From assembly GCA_964548195.1 (NCBI GenBank), contig CAZJQC010000006.1, positions 19,855 through 42,691 of the forward strand: a DNA stretch of 22,837 nt. The letters run 5' to 3'. Made by a program: the position numbers and the translations under genes. This document shows positions 1 to 9,906 of this stretch, one piece after another (position 1 is the first letter of the stretch; every line of letters starts with the position of its first letter). This stretch comes from an uncultured bacterium. Its GTDB lineage: Bacteria > Macinerneyibacteriota > Macinerneyibacteria > Macinerneyibacteriales > DSCS01. A model generated the notes under the pieces. It made no database searches. It worked only from the letters and a program-made list of their open reading frames with translations, and was not told the origin of the DNA.

Positions 1-1680
1 CCGGCGGATGAGATCGTGTGGGATGTGGGGCATCAGGCCTACGCCCACAAAATAATCACCGGCAGGAACAGACTCTTTGCCACGTTGAGGCAAAAAAAAG
101 GCATGTCCGGATTCCTGAAAAGAGAAGAATCTGTATTTGATGTATATAATGCGGGCCACACATCGACTTCGGTGTCCGCGGCGGCGGGGCTTTGCGCCGC
201 GCGTGAGATGTCAGGCGAAAGCCACCGCATCGTGGCCGTCATCGGAGACGGCGCCATGACGGGCGGAGCCGCTTTTGAAGGACTGAATTTCATAGGATCA
301 CGCGGCTGGGATCATGTCATCGTGGTGGTCAACGACAATCAGATGTCCATAGACAGGAACGTGGGCGCGTTGGCGAAATATTATAACAGGGCCATAACTT
401 CAGGTTTTTACACCGGCTTGAGAAAAGGGGCGCAGCGGCTGCTGAAATATCTTCCCGCGGGCGGCGCGCTTTATGAATACGCCAGAAGGATGGAGGAATC
501 TGTCAAATCACTTCTGATAAAGGGCGCTTTTTACGAAGACCTCGGTTTTACCTATATAGGGCCGGTTGACGGCCATGACATACGGGATCTTGTACGTTTT
601 ATAAAAAAAGCGGGCGATATCAAAGGGCCGGTGCTTCTCCATGTGACCACCAAAAAGGGGAAAGGCTATGCCCCTGCCGAGGAGGATCCGGAGGGGTATC
701 ACGGTATCGCCGCCGTCCAGGACAAAGTGAGATGCGGAGAGACTTACACCGCCGTGTTTTCAAACAAGATGGCGGAGCTCGGCGCCGGGGACGGGCGCAT
801 AGTCGCCCTGACCGCGGCCATGCCGACGGGGACCGGGCTCGCCCTTTTCAGGGACAGGTTTCCAGAACGCTATTTCGATACGGGCATAACTGAGCAAAGC
901 GCCGTGATAATCGCGACATCAATGGCGCTGAAAGGCTACAGGCCTTTTTTCGCGGTATATTCGACCTTTTTGCAAAGAGCTTACGACCAGCTGATACATG
1001 ACACCGCGTTGATGAAGGCGCCGGTGCGTTTTGTTATAGACCGGGGCGGGCTGGTGGGCCGGGACGGCCCCACCCATCACGGCATATTTGATATCGCCTT
1101 TATGCGTTCCATCCCCGGGATGACACTCATGCTGCCCCGTGATTCAAGGGATCTGAGAAAGATGCTGGATTTTATGGCCGGTTTTGACGAGGGCCCTTCA
1201 GCAGTGAGGTACCCCCGCGGCGAGGCGGCTGTCCCCTTTACAGAAGCGAGTTCGCCTGTGGTGCCGGGCAGGGGCGAGGAGATACTCAGAGGGGATGACG
1301 TGACCATAGTCGCGGCGGGCTGCATGGTCCGGGAATCCTTCGGCGCGGCGATGCTTTTGCGTGAGCAGGGCATAAGCGCCGGCGTAATAGACATACGTTT
1401 CATCAAACCGCTGGACACCGGGCTGATCGCCGAGGCCGCTGAGCGCTGCGCTCTTATAGTCACAGCCGAGAACGGCTGTGTAAAAGGCGGTTTCGGAGAG
1501 GAAGTGGCCGCTTTTATCGCCTCCGGCAAAAAAAACACGGCGGTCATGAATATAGGCATCGGAGACGGGTTTGCCGGCCATGGGGGCCAGGATGAGATCA
1601 TGGCCGACGAGGGGCTGGACGCGAGGTCGATCACCGAAAGGATACTTGATTGGAAAAGGAACGGCTGGACCGCTTTTTAG
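1..1680 (+). CDS. dxs: 1-deoxy-D-xylulose-5-phosphate synthase (5'-partial; the frame is open to base 1)
   Basis: Motifs WDVGHQAYAHKIITGR, GHTSTS, TPP-binding GDGAMTGG...NDN, YIGPVDGH, TAAMPTGTGL, DTGITEQ, YSTFLQRAYDQ and DGPTHHG. The frame continues upstream of position 16 (PADEIV-WDVGH). Confidence 0.97.
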   Translation, partial: PADEIVWDVGHQAYAHKIITGRNRLFATLRQKKGMSGFLKREESVFDVYNAGHTSTSVSAAAGLCAAREMSGESHRIVAVIGDGAMTGGAAFEGLNFIGSRGWDHVIVVVNDNQMSIDRNVGALAKYYNRAITSGFYTGLRKGAQRLLKYLPAGGALYEYARRMEESVKSLLIKGAFYEDLGFTYIGPVDGHDIRDLVRFIKKAGDIKGPVLLHVTTKKGKGYAPAEEDPEGYHGIAAVQDKVRCGETYTAVFSNKMAELGAGDGRIVALTAAMPTGTGLALFRDRFPERYFDTGITEQSAVIIATSMALKGYRPFFAVYSTFLQRAYDQLIHDTALMKAPVRFVIDRGGLVGRDGPTHHGIFDIAFMRSIPGMTLMLPRDSRDLRKMLDFMAGFDEGPSAVRYPRGEAAVPFTEASSPVVPGRGEEILRGDDVTIVAAGCMVRESFGAAMLLREQGISAGVIDIRFIKPLDTGLIAEAAERCALIVTAENGCVKGGFGEEVAAFIASGKKNTAVMNIGIGDGFAGHGGQDEIMADEGLDARSITERILDWKRNGWTAF

Positions 1681-2453
1681 CCGAAACCGGAAGATATGAA
1701 AGCCGCAGCAAGGCGTTGAAAGAGATCGCCGCCGGCAATATATCGGTGAACGGACGCATCATCAGAAGGCCGTCATATCCGGTCTCGCCGTCGGACAAGA
1801 TTGACGTAGAGGGTTGTTATCTGCGCTATGTGGGGGCAGCCGGGTTGAAACTGGCGACTTTTCTTGACGACAGCGCTATTGACGTGCGGGGCTTGTCCGC
1901 ATGTGACGTTGGCTCCTCAACGGGCGGCTTTACGCAGGTGCTCTTTGAAAGAGGGGCGGCCCGGGTCACCGCGGTGGATGTGGGCAGCGGGCAGATGCAT
2001 GTTTCGCTCATAAAAAAGGCGGGACTGGAACTCAGGGAGAACACCGATTTCAGGGATTTTTTCCGTTCCGACGAAAGATGCTTCGATATTATCACCGCGG
2101 ACCTTTCCTTTATCTCACTCAGAAAGTTTGTTCCCTGTGTGAGCGGCCGCGCTGATACTGTGATCATGCTATTTAAACCGCAATTTGAGACCGTGAGAGG
2201 GATGAAGAATAAAAAGGGCGTGGTAACAAACCTTGCCACCCACGAGGAGATATTAATATCTTTTCGTGATTACCTGTTGAAAGAGGGATTTTTACCTTTT
2301 ATAATAAGAAGGTCTGGATTATTGGGCGGTGAGGGCAACCGTGAATATTTTGTCGCGTGCTCATCCGCAACGGGGACCGCGCCGGTTAATGTCGGCGATA
2401 TCGAAAGGGAAGTATACAAAAGTGAGGATTTCATTAATCATCAACCCGTATAA
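1650..2453 (+). CDS. tlyA: TlyA family rRNA (cytidine-2'-O)-methyltransferase with S4 domain
   Basis: N-terminal S4 domain (RLDRFL...SRSKA), GLKL, DVGSSTGGFT, DLSFISL, KPQFE and GNREY, so the K-D-K-E tetrad is present. TTG start overlaps the dxs end. Typical dxs-tlyA synteny. Confidence 0.93.
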   Translation: MEKERLDRFLAETGRYESRSKALKEIAAGNISVNGRIIRRPSYPVSPSDKIDVEGCYLRYVGAAGLKLATFLDDSAIDVRGLSACDVGSSTGGFTQVLFERGAARVTAVDVGSGQMHVSLIKKAGLELRENTDFRDFFRSDERCFDIITADLSFISLRKFVPCVSGRADTVIMLFKPQFETVRGMKNKKGVVTNLATHEEILISFRDYLLKEGFLPFIIRRSGLLGGEGNREYFVACSSATGTAPVNVGDIEREVYKSEDFINHQPV

Positions 2454-3207
2454 GCTTACGGGCGAGGCACGCGGCAGGATCAATGATGTCCGCGAATGGG
2501 TCGGGAGCAATCTTGAACATGCCGAAAGCCCGGAAGATGCCGAATGCATAATCACGCTTGGCGGAGACGGCACGCTGCTTTATGCCATGGGAAAATTCGG
2601 GCCGGGCCGCAGATATTTCGGTGTCAATGCGGGGCATCTGGGTTTCCTGACTTCCTCCGAATACGGATCTTTTCAGGCCGATATGGCCGAGGTGTTCCTC
2701 GAAGGCCGCTATTCGGAGCAGCAGAGTTACGGGCTGAGCTGGGAAGGCGGCGGGCTTCGGGGCAAAGCCGTGAACGACGCTGTGCTCAAAAGCGCGGACA
2801 ACACGCGCATAGCGGATTTTACGGTAAGCATAAACGGAAGCCTTGTCTGTTCGCCGAAAAGCGACGGGCTTATAGTCTCGACGCCGATGGGGTCCACAGC
2901 CTATAACCTCTCCGTGGGCGGGCCGGTCATGAATCCCTGCGCCAGAGGCTTTATATTGAACAACATAGCGACACATTCGCTGAATATGAGGCCGCTGATA
3001 CTCGAATCGCATGACGTGGTCTCCATACAGCCGGCGACAGAGGCAAGCCTGATCATCGACGGCGGCTTCAAGGGCAATATAAACGAGCCGGTGACGCTGC
3101 GATCCGATTCGGAAGCATATTTTATACTCAGACATCAGCGCTGGGATTTTTACGATGTCATGAAACGAAAGCTGCATTGGGGCAAGCGCGGGGGTGGCGA
3201 TGATTGA
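2422..3207 (+). CDS. nadK: NAD(+) kinase
   Basis: Motifs LGGDGT, GVNAGHLGFL, ND and DGLIVSTPMGSTAYNLSVGGP. Start placed at GTG 2422 (RBS-like AAGGGAAG upstream) rather than at 2329. Confidence 0.93.
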   Translation: MRISLIINPYKLTGEARGRINDVREWVGSNLEHAESPEDAECIITLGGDGTLLYAMGKFGPGRRYFGVNAGHLGFLTSSEYGSFQADMAEVFLEGRYSEQQSYGLSWEGGGLRGKAVNDAVLKSADNTRIADFTVSINGSLVCSPKSDGLIVSTPMGSTAYNLSVGGPVMNPCARGFILNNIATHSLNMRPLILESHDVVSIQPATEASLIIDGGFKGNINEPVTLRSDSEAYFILRHQRWDFYDVMKRKLHWGKRGGGDD

Positions 3208-4870
3208 ACGCCTGAACATACATGATTTTGCCATAGCAGACAACGCGGAGCTTGAGTTTTCACCGGGCTTTAACGTCATCACGGGCGAGACCGGCGCCGG
3301 AAAATCAATAATATTGAGCGCGGTGTCCATGGCGCTCGGGGACAGGGCCGATCAGGACACCATACGCAAGGGCGCCGACGAGGCTGTGGTCGAGGCTGTG
3401 TTCAACACGGAAAATGTCAGCGACGAGTGGCTGGCAGAAAACGGGTTCCCCTCTGCCGAATCGGTGATAATAAAAAGAGTGTTGAAAAGAAACGGCAAGA
3501 ACCGGGTCTTCATCAATGGTTCTCCGGGCACGCTTCTGCAGCTCAGGGCGCTTACTGAAAAATTAATAGACCTGAACAATCAGAACGAGCATCAGATGCT
3601 TATGAACTCCTCCAATCATACGGCGTACATAGACATATACGGCCGGTGTCAGGACGAGTTTTCCGAATACAGGGAAAAATACGAGGGACTTGCCTCCCTG
3701 ATCGAGACGTATGAGGCATTTAAAAGGGACGAGAAGGAGATACGCAGAAGACTGGATAATTACAGATTTGAGCTTGACGAGATCGACGCGGTGTCGCCTT
3801 CGCCCGGCGAAGACAGCGCTGTTATGGAAGAGGTCTCGCTTTTGGAACGTTCCAGGTCCATTATGGAAGCGGCCTCGGCGCTGGATGACATTACAGGCGA
3901 AAGCGAGATCTATTCCGCGCTTACAGACGAGATCTATTCACATCTTGACAGCCTGAAAGGGCTCGGCGGGGACATCGGCGCGGGCGTTTCGGAAATAAGG
4001 GCCGCACTGGAAAGTTTTGAGACATCAGTCAGAGGGTTGAAGCGCTCGGTAGACGGGATGGAACTGGACGAGGAGCGCCTTAATCAGGTCAATGAGCGGC
4101 TGGCGGCCATGGAAAAGCTGAAGAGAAAATACGGCGATTCCATTGAAGACGTGCTTATATACCGCGAACGGATCTCCGAAGAGATAGACAGATACGAGGA
4201 GATGACCTTTGACGCGGGCAGATTTGAGAAAAGGATAGAGGAAACGGGCGCGGCATTGAAGATCGCCGCGGAGCGGCTTGACAAAAAAAGGAGAGCGGCC
4301 GCGGAGGAGTTCGCCGTCAGGATCATGGAGGAGTTCAGCTCCATAGGGCTGGAAAAGGCCCGGTTCAGGACAGTGTTCTCAATGCCCTTGGGCGGGATCG
4401 AGTCGGGCGGTATGCAGTTTGGCCCGCACGGCCCCTTCAACGCCGAGTTTCACATTGAGACAAACCCGGGCGAAGGTTTCCATCAGCTCGTTAAATCAGC
4501 GTCCGGAGGCGAACTTTCACGGATACTGTTCGCTTTGAAGTCGGTCATATCAGGCAAGTTGTCGGTAGATTGTATGATCTTTGACGAGATAGACAACGGG
4601 ATCGGCGGCGAGGTCGCGGCAAAAGTCGCCAGGAAACTGGCGGAGCTTTCCGGAAAATACCAGATGATAGTCATCACACATCAGCCGCAGATAGCGGCCC
4701 CCGGCGACCGCCACTTTTATGTTGAAAAAACGGTCTCGGGGGAAAGGACCGTCTCGCGGGTGACAAGGCTGAACGGAGACGAGCACGTGATGGAAATAGC
4801 GCGGATGCTGGCCGGAGACATGGTCAATGAAAACGCGGTTATGATGGCCAGAGCCATGTGCGGCACATAA
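3200..4870 (+). CDS. recN: DNA repair protein RecN
   Basis: Walker A TGETGAGKS, long coiled coil, signature ASGGELSR, Walker B/D-loop IFDEIDNGIGG, ITHQPQIA and EIARML. ATG 3200 follows a G-rich RBS; GTG 3194 is an alternative. Confidence 0.96.
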   Translation: MIERLNIHDFAIADNAELEFSPGFNVITGETGAGKSIILSAVSMALGDRADQDTIRKGADEAVVEAVFNTENVSDEWLAENGFPSAESVIIKRVLKRNGKNRVFINGSPGTLLQLRALTEKLIDLNNQNEHQMLMNSSNHTAYIDIYGRCQDEFSEYREKYEGLASLIETYEAFKRDEKEIRRRLDNYRFELDEIDAVSPSPGEDSAVMEEVSLLERSRSIMEAASALDDITGESEIYSALTDEIYSHLDSLKGLGGDIGAGVSEIRAALESFETSVRGLKRSVDGMELDEERLNQVNERLAAMEKLKRKYGDSIEDVLIYRERISEEIDRYEEMTFDAGRFEKRIEETGAALKIAAERLDKKRRAAAEEFAVRIMEEFSSIGLEKARFRTVFSMPLGGIESGGMQFGPHGPFNAEFHIETNPGEGFHQLVKSASGGELSRILFALKSVISGKLSVDCMIFDEIDNGIGGEVAAKVARKLAELSGKYQMIVITHQPQIAAPGDRHFYVEKTVSGERTVSRVTRLNGDEHVMEIARMLAGDMVNENAVMMARAMCGT

Positions 4871-4893
4871 AACCGGGAAACAGGGAGATATTT

Positions 4894-7800
4894 GTGTTCG
4901 AAAGACTGATTGCATTGTGTTTGTTGATATTGGTACCGGGTGTATCGGCCCTGGCCGCGGATTTTTACGAGGAGTTTTATTTCGGGGTCGACATGCCGTA
5001 CCTGGACAGAAGCTTCGAGCTTGACAAAAGCCTTATTACCGGCACGGACGATTCCGAAAAGAGGGTCACGCCCGGATCGGTGCTTTCGGGTTTCATACCG
5101 GACATAACCATATTGAAGGATTCCACAATCAAGATCACGGGCCGGAAACTGATCAGTTTCGATGTCTCAAAACGGGATTATCCGAATGTGAACAACATAA
5201 TACAGACAACGACGCAGAGTTCCGGCACCATAGACCCGAGCATCAATCAGGAAACGCAGATAAAGGTCGAGGGCACGATAAAAGACAGGATCTTTATAAA
5301 TGTCAATTATGACGACACCAAGGAGGACGACGACAGGGAGTATATATCCGTGGTATACAAGGGCACGGAGGATGAGATCATACGTGAGGTGGCTCTGGGT
5401 GACATCGTGCTCAGCCTTCCGACAACGGAGTTTATTTCGTTCAACAGGCAGCTTTTCGGCGCCAAAGGTTCTCTGAGCGTGGGGCCGTTTTCTTATTATG
5501 CATTGGTGACCAAGGAAGAAGGTGTTACCAAAAGCGCGTCTTTCAGCGGATATAACACCTTGTTCGAAAAAGAGATCTATAACACAAGTTATTCGGTATA
5601 CCCCGTGACACTTTCACTGCAGCAGGGTATAAGCGGTATTGCCTTGCCGCTGGAATACGGTTCAGTCTTTTTGTATTACGATGACGGCGTTTATGTGGAG
5701 GAAGAGGATCAGGACAGGTTCCAGTCCGGAGATTATTATTTTGAGCCCATGACCGAGATGACGGATTATGAGGTGGATTATGAACGCGGTGTCGTTAGTC
5801 TTAAAAGGTCCATCGCTTCCGGCGGTACCGTGGCCATCATATACACGGACGCCCTGGGCGTGCCGCATGGAGATCCCGGAGTAGGCACATTTAATTACGG
5901 TGAACTGATATACACAAACAGAAATGAGCTTGAGCAGCAGGCCATACGGGACGCGTTCATGCTGAAGAGCATATATTCTATAGGTGGTTCCGACATAGAT
6001 GCCGCGGGGCTGACGGTGGACGTGTTTGATATCTCGGGAAACCCCGAGTTTGAAGTCATCGCGGATGATTCCACGGTATACAAGTATTCTTATTTACACC
6101 TTTTCGGCCTGGATAGAAACGGGGATGGCGAGGTGGACCTCAAGTATCTTGACACGCTTAACGGAAGGGTGGATTTTTCAGATTACAGCGGGGATGTCCT
6201 CGACCCTGATTCGGTGAGGCCGTTTGACCTTATACGCTATCTTGACGGATCCGACCCGTCCGGCATATCGGCGGACCTGCCGGAGCGACTCGCTCAAATA
6301 CGGGCGGATCTGGGGGATGTCAGCTTTAAATCCATGCTGGAGCAGCTGGACAACAGCGATATCTACTCCGAGTCCATTTCCCGCGAGAGCAAATACCGCA
6401 TCTATACGGATTATTACTCCACCCACCCGATGTTTATGCTTAATCAGTTCGGGATAATAGAAAACAGTGAAAAGGTAGTGGTGGACGGAGACGTGCTCAG
6501 CCGGGGCCGCGACTATATAATAGACTATCTCACAGGCACGGTCCAGATACTTGAGTCTGCGACCATATCCCCGAATTCCGACGTGGAGATCACATATGAG
6601 TACAGGCCTTTCTCGATGTCCAAGAGCAAGACGCTGTTCGGCAACAGGCTTGAATATGTGCCGAACGACAACCTGCTGGTCGGTGCCTCATACATGGATG
6701 AATGGACCCCCGAGACGCTTGACGATATACCGAGGCTCGGTGACGAGACGTCCAGACACCGAGTGCTTGGCGCCAATGTTAACTATGATTACAGGGGCGC
6801 TGACTACCAGGCTACCGTAAAAGCCGAGGTGGCAAGAAGTTATATCGACCCTAACACGTATGGCGAGGTCATGATCGAAGACATGGAATCCAGCGAGATG
6901 AGCAAGCTCCTGTCGTTGTCCGAGAACAACTGGAAATTGAGTTCGCCGCCGCAGGGATATGCGTATGCGGACCGTTTTCTGCCGGGATATTCGGTCAGTG
7001 TCGGATCGGTGTTCGATAATTATAATTTTTTTGACAATGACACCATAGGGCTTGATGAGATCAACAGTGATTACGGCGATACCAGCATGGCGATACTCAG
7101 GATAATCGACGTTCCCGTGGATCCGGGAGAGTATTTTTCATATGTCTACCAGATCTCCAAGGACGGGATTGACGTAAGCGAGTACAAAAACCTGGAAATA
7201 TGGTATCGCGTCAATTCCGGCGCGTCGGGGTCGCTGCACCTGGACCTTGGTTATGTCAATGAGGATGCGGACGGCGACAGCGTCCTGGACACCGAAGACA
7301 GCAATCAGGACGGAAAACTCGGCGAGGGAGAGGACACGGGTTTCGCCTTTGATTTTGGCGGAGCCGTTTATCCCATAGGCATGAGCAACAACATCAGCGA
7401 CAGCGAGGATCTGAACGGCAACGGTTTCCTCAACACGGATGAGGAAGTGGTCACCTATACCGTCAATATGGGCGACGGCGAGTCCCCCGAGGGAAATGAA
7501 TGGCATATACTTACAATACCCCTTGATTCCGGGGCGGGTTACGATGAAAACATCCTGCGTGTGGTAAAGCATATCAGGATGTGGGGAGAGGACTTTTCAC
7601 CGGGCGCGGAGGTCGCCGTGGGGCGCATCAGCATCAACGGCACCCTATGGACACTGGATGAGGCTTATCCAGTGGGCAGCGATGTCGATGTGAGCACTAT
7701 CAGCAAGTATGACGACCCGAATTACATAAATCTTCATAACGAGGTCAATAAGGATACCGGTACGGTACTTGCCGACACATCGCTTGTGCTTGAATACGAC

Positions 7801-9906
7801 ATCACCCCCGACGGAACCGGATCGGGCTATGCCTTCAGTAAAAAAGACTTGGGGACGGGTAGGGATTTTACGGATTACAAGAAAATACGCTTCTATTATT
7901 TTGTGGATGAGACTGCCGGTGCGCATGATTTTGTCGTTCGTCTGGCCACTACCAGAAACGATTATTATGAACGTACCGTTCCTGTGACGGCAGCAGACAT
8001 CGGTTCCTGGAAATACATGGAATTTATGACTGACGAGATCGAGTCCGAATCGAAAACGGGAGCGCCGTCGATATACAACATCAATTACCTTTTCATAGGT
8101 GTGACCGCAGACGGCTCCACGGATCCTTTTTCCGGCCGCATATATATCAACGACATAAAACTTGTGGATTCGAACACCGTGGAGGGCATGGCGAAGACCG
8201 CGTCTCTCAAGGGCAGTTATAAGGACATACTGAGCATGAATGTGAAGTATACCGACCGGGAGGGGAATTACGCGGTAATAGGCTCCAACCCCGGGACGAC
8301 GGATTCCACATACAGCAGCATGAGCGGCACGCTGAATGCGGGCAAGCTTTTCAATAGCAAAAGTGCGGTAAGGATGCCGATCAACTTTTCCATGGTCAGG
8401 TCTTTGTCGGAAACGAACAAGGATTACGTTTCCACGATATACAACCCCCAACGCACCGAAAGCAACAGATTGAGCATCTCGACGACATTTTCCATGGGGA
8501 AACTGCCGTCGCTTAATTATTCATATTCAAAAAACAGCAATGACATCTCCAATGAGAGCAGTCCTTACAATACTTCGCAGGAGGTGCAGAGCGCCGGTTT
8601 GTCCTATACTTTCCCCAAGCTGAGGTTGTGGTCCTTTAATCTGATCCCGGCTGCGGCCAATCTTTCTTTTTCGGACACACGGGATACGAGGGATTATTTT
8701 CTGGAGGACCCCCTGCGCACCGACATCTCGACCAAGACCCAGAGCTGGAAAAGCAGCCTGACGTGGAATCTTATCGACAAGCTTAAAACCCAGTTCGATT
8801 ACACCCTGCTTGACATGTGGAACCTTCTTGAGGACCGGTTTGAGCGCAATGCCATAACCTCCAGATTCTATAACACATACAGGGACAACATATGGATACT
8901 TGAACTCTACGGCCATTACCGCGCCACCTATTCGGAGAGCTGGTCTTATGAGATCGCCATGGAGGAAGGCGGGTATTCCCTGCGTAATTATGACATCAAT
9001 ACGGATTACAAAGGCAGTCTCACGTTTGACTTTTTTGAATATCTCAAAAAAGTGGGCATATTCCGCAATAAGATGGAACTTGAGACCGAATACAGCCGTA
9101 AAAACACGAGAGGTTATGATTATAAGGAGAGCGCCGGCGCCGGCTGGACCGCTTATATAGGCGATTTTTCCGCGGTCGATATCACATCTCCGCCCGACAG
9201 CGACTATACCGGGGACAATTATGCGGTCTCTCTGAACTTTGACGTCTTAAAATATATAGAGACTGATATTGCCTATTCATACGACACCTATGACACTATC
9301 AACAACGGGAGCATGAGCTCAAGGGACGCACATTCATGGCCCGACGTCGAGATCAGGCTCAACAATATCAACAAGATGGCATTTTTCAGCAAGCTTGTAC
9401 GGAATGTCCGCGCCGCTCAGGCTACATTGCGTTATAAAAGATCCGGTGTGAAATCATACGGTTATTACGGTACGGAGACAGACAACCATTATTATTATGG
9501 AGACATGCGTCTTTCTTTCAAAGACATCTCCGCCAAACTAAGCGGCACATATAACAGAGCCGAAAGCGAGTCGGTCACGGGCCTGCGCTATACGGGGGAT
9601 TTTCAGACTTCCCTGGACATAAACTATATGAAGAGGACTTCCAAGGTCAAGAAACAGCTGCTGGGCAAAAGTGAGACTCAGGTCAACACCTCGTTGTCCT
9701 TGTACGGTAAGATAAACTTCAACTCAAAATGGTATACAGTGGGTACTGATTATTATACGGTAAATACCGATTTGTCCGGAAAATATGATCTGGGCACCGG
9801 CATGGCTATTTCGGCGAAACTGGGTTATACCATGTACAGAAGCGAGATACCTGTAAATGATTACAACGACTTCAGGTTGGGAGGAGAATTTGAGATCCTT
9901 TTTTAG
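4894..9906 (+). CDS. Large SprA-like outer-membrane protein (homologue of the T9SS translocon SprA/Sov), ~1670 aa
   Basis: GTG 4894 with GGGAG RBS gives a Sec signal peptide (MFERLIALCLLILVPGVSALA). SprA-type blocks occur in the expected order: INQETQIKVEGTIKDRIFINVNYD, YKGTEDEIIREVALGDIVLSLP...QLFGAK, ENSEKVVVDGDVLSRGRDYIIDYLTGTVQIL, KTLFGNRLEY, GEVMIEDME, LHLDLGYVNED and DFTDYKKIRFY. The C-terminal third has amphipathic beta-strand patterns and ends in Phe (EFEILF). Confidence 0.8.
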   Translation: MFERLIALCLLILVPGVSALAADFYEEFYFGVDMPYLDRSFELDKSLITGTDDSEKRVTPGSVLSGFIPDITILKDSTIKITGRKLISFDVSKRDYPNVNNIIQTTTQSSGTIDPSINQETQIKVEGTIKDRIFINVNYDDTKEDDDREYISVVYKGTEDEIIREVALGDIVLSLPTTEFISFNRQLFGAKGSLSVGPFSYYALVTKEEGVTKSASFSGYNTLFEKEIYNTSYSVYPVTLSLQQGISGIALPLEYGSVFLYYDDGVYVEEEDQDRFQSGDYYFEPMTEMTDYEVDYERGVVSLKRSIASGGTVAIIYTDALGVPHGDPGVGTFNYGELIYTNRNELEQQAIRDAFMLKSIYSIGGSDIDAAGLTVDVFDISGNPEFEVIADDSTVYKYSYLHLFGLDRNGDGEVDLKYLDTLNGRVDFSDYSGDVLDPDSVRPFDLIRYLDGSDPSGISADLPERLAQIRADLGDVSFKSMLEQLDNSDIYSESISRESKYRIYTDYYSTHPMFMLNQFGIIENSEKVVVDGDVLSRGRDYIIDYLTGTVQILESATISPNSDVEITYEYRPFSMSKSKTLFGNRLEYVPNDNLLVGASYMDEWTPETLDDIPRLGDETSRHRVLGANVNYDYRGADYQATVKAEVARSYIDPNTYGEVMIEDMESSEMSKLLSLSENNWKLSSPPQGYAYADRFLPGYSVSVGSVFDNYNFFDNDTIGLDEINSDYGDTSMAILRIIDVPVDPGEYFSYVYQISKDGIDVSEYKNLEIWYRVNSGASGSLHLDLGYVNEDADGDSVLDTEDSNQDGKLGEGEDTGFAFDFGGAVYPIGMSNNISDSEDLNGNGFLNTDEEVVTYTVNMGDGESPEGNEWHILTIPLDSGAGYDENILRVVKHIRMWGEDFSPGAEVAVGRISINGTLWTLDEAYPVGSDVDVSTISKYDDPNYINLHNEVNKDTGTVLADTSLVLEYDITPDGTGSGYAFSKKDLGTGRDFTDYKKIRFYYFVDETAGAHDFVVRLATTRNDYYERTVPVTAADIGSWKYMEFMTDEIESESKTGAPSIYNINYLFIGVTADGSTDPFSGRIYINDIKLVDSNTVEGMAKTASLKGSYKDILSMNVKYTDREGNYAVIGSNPGTTDSTYSSMSGTLNAGKLFNSKSAVRMPINFSMVRSLSETNKDYVSTIYNPQRTESNRLSISTTFSMGKLPSLNYSYSKNSNDISNESSPYNTSQEVQSAGLSYTFPKLRLWSFNLIPAAANLSFSDTRDTRDYFLEDPLRTDISTKTQSWKSSLTWNLIDKLKTQFDYTLLDMWNLLEDRFERNAITSRFYNTYRDNIWILELYGHYRATYSESWSYEIAMEEGGYSLRNYDINTDYKGSLTFDFFEYLKKVGIFRNKMELETEYSRKNTRGYDYKESAGAGWTAYIGDFSAVDITSPPDSDYTGDNYAVSLNFDVLKYIETDIAYSYDTYDTINNGSMSSRDAHSWPDVEIRLNNINKMAFFSKLVRNVRAAQATLRYKRSGVKSYGYYGTETDNHYYYGDMRLSFKDISAKLSGTYNRAESESVTGLRYTGDFQTSLDINYMKRTSKVKKQLLGKSETQVNTSLSLYGKINFNSKWYTVGTDYYTVNTDLSGKYDLGTGMAISAKLGYTMYRSEIPVNDYNDFRLGGEFEILF

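Noticed and set aside
2329..2421. N-terminal extension of the NAD kinase given by the ORF track
   Set aside because: It overlaps tlyA extensively, and GTG 2422 has an RBS and gives a normal NadK N-terminus. The extensions at 4858, 9857, 11911, 19869 and 21576 were rejected on similar grounds.
1650..2453. TlyA as a haemolysin or virulence factor
   Set aside because: The intact methyltransferase tetrad and housekeeping synteny support an ordinary rRNA methyltransferase; nothing in the sequence supports a toxin role.
2434..3330. 298-aa minus-strand ORF
   Set aside because: It lies antisense to the well-supported nadK/recN genes and has no recognisable motifs; a shadow ORF.
7645..8451. 268-aa minus-strand ORF inside the SprA-like gene
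   Set aside because: Antisense shadow with Arg/His-rich, non-protein-like composition. The same applies to the other short minus-strand and alternate-frame ORFs in the track.
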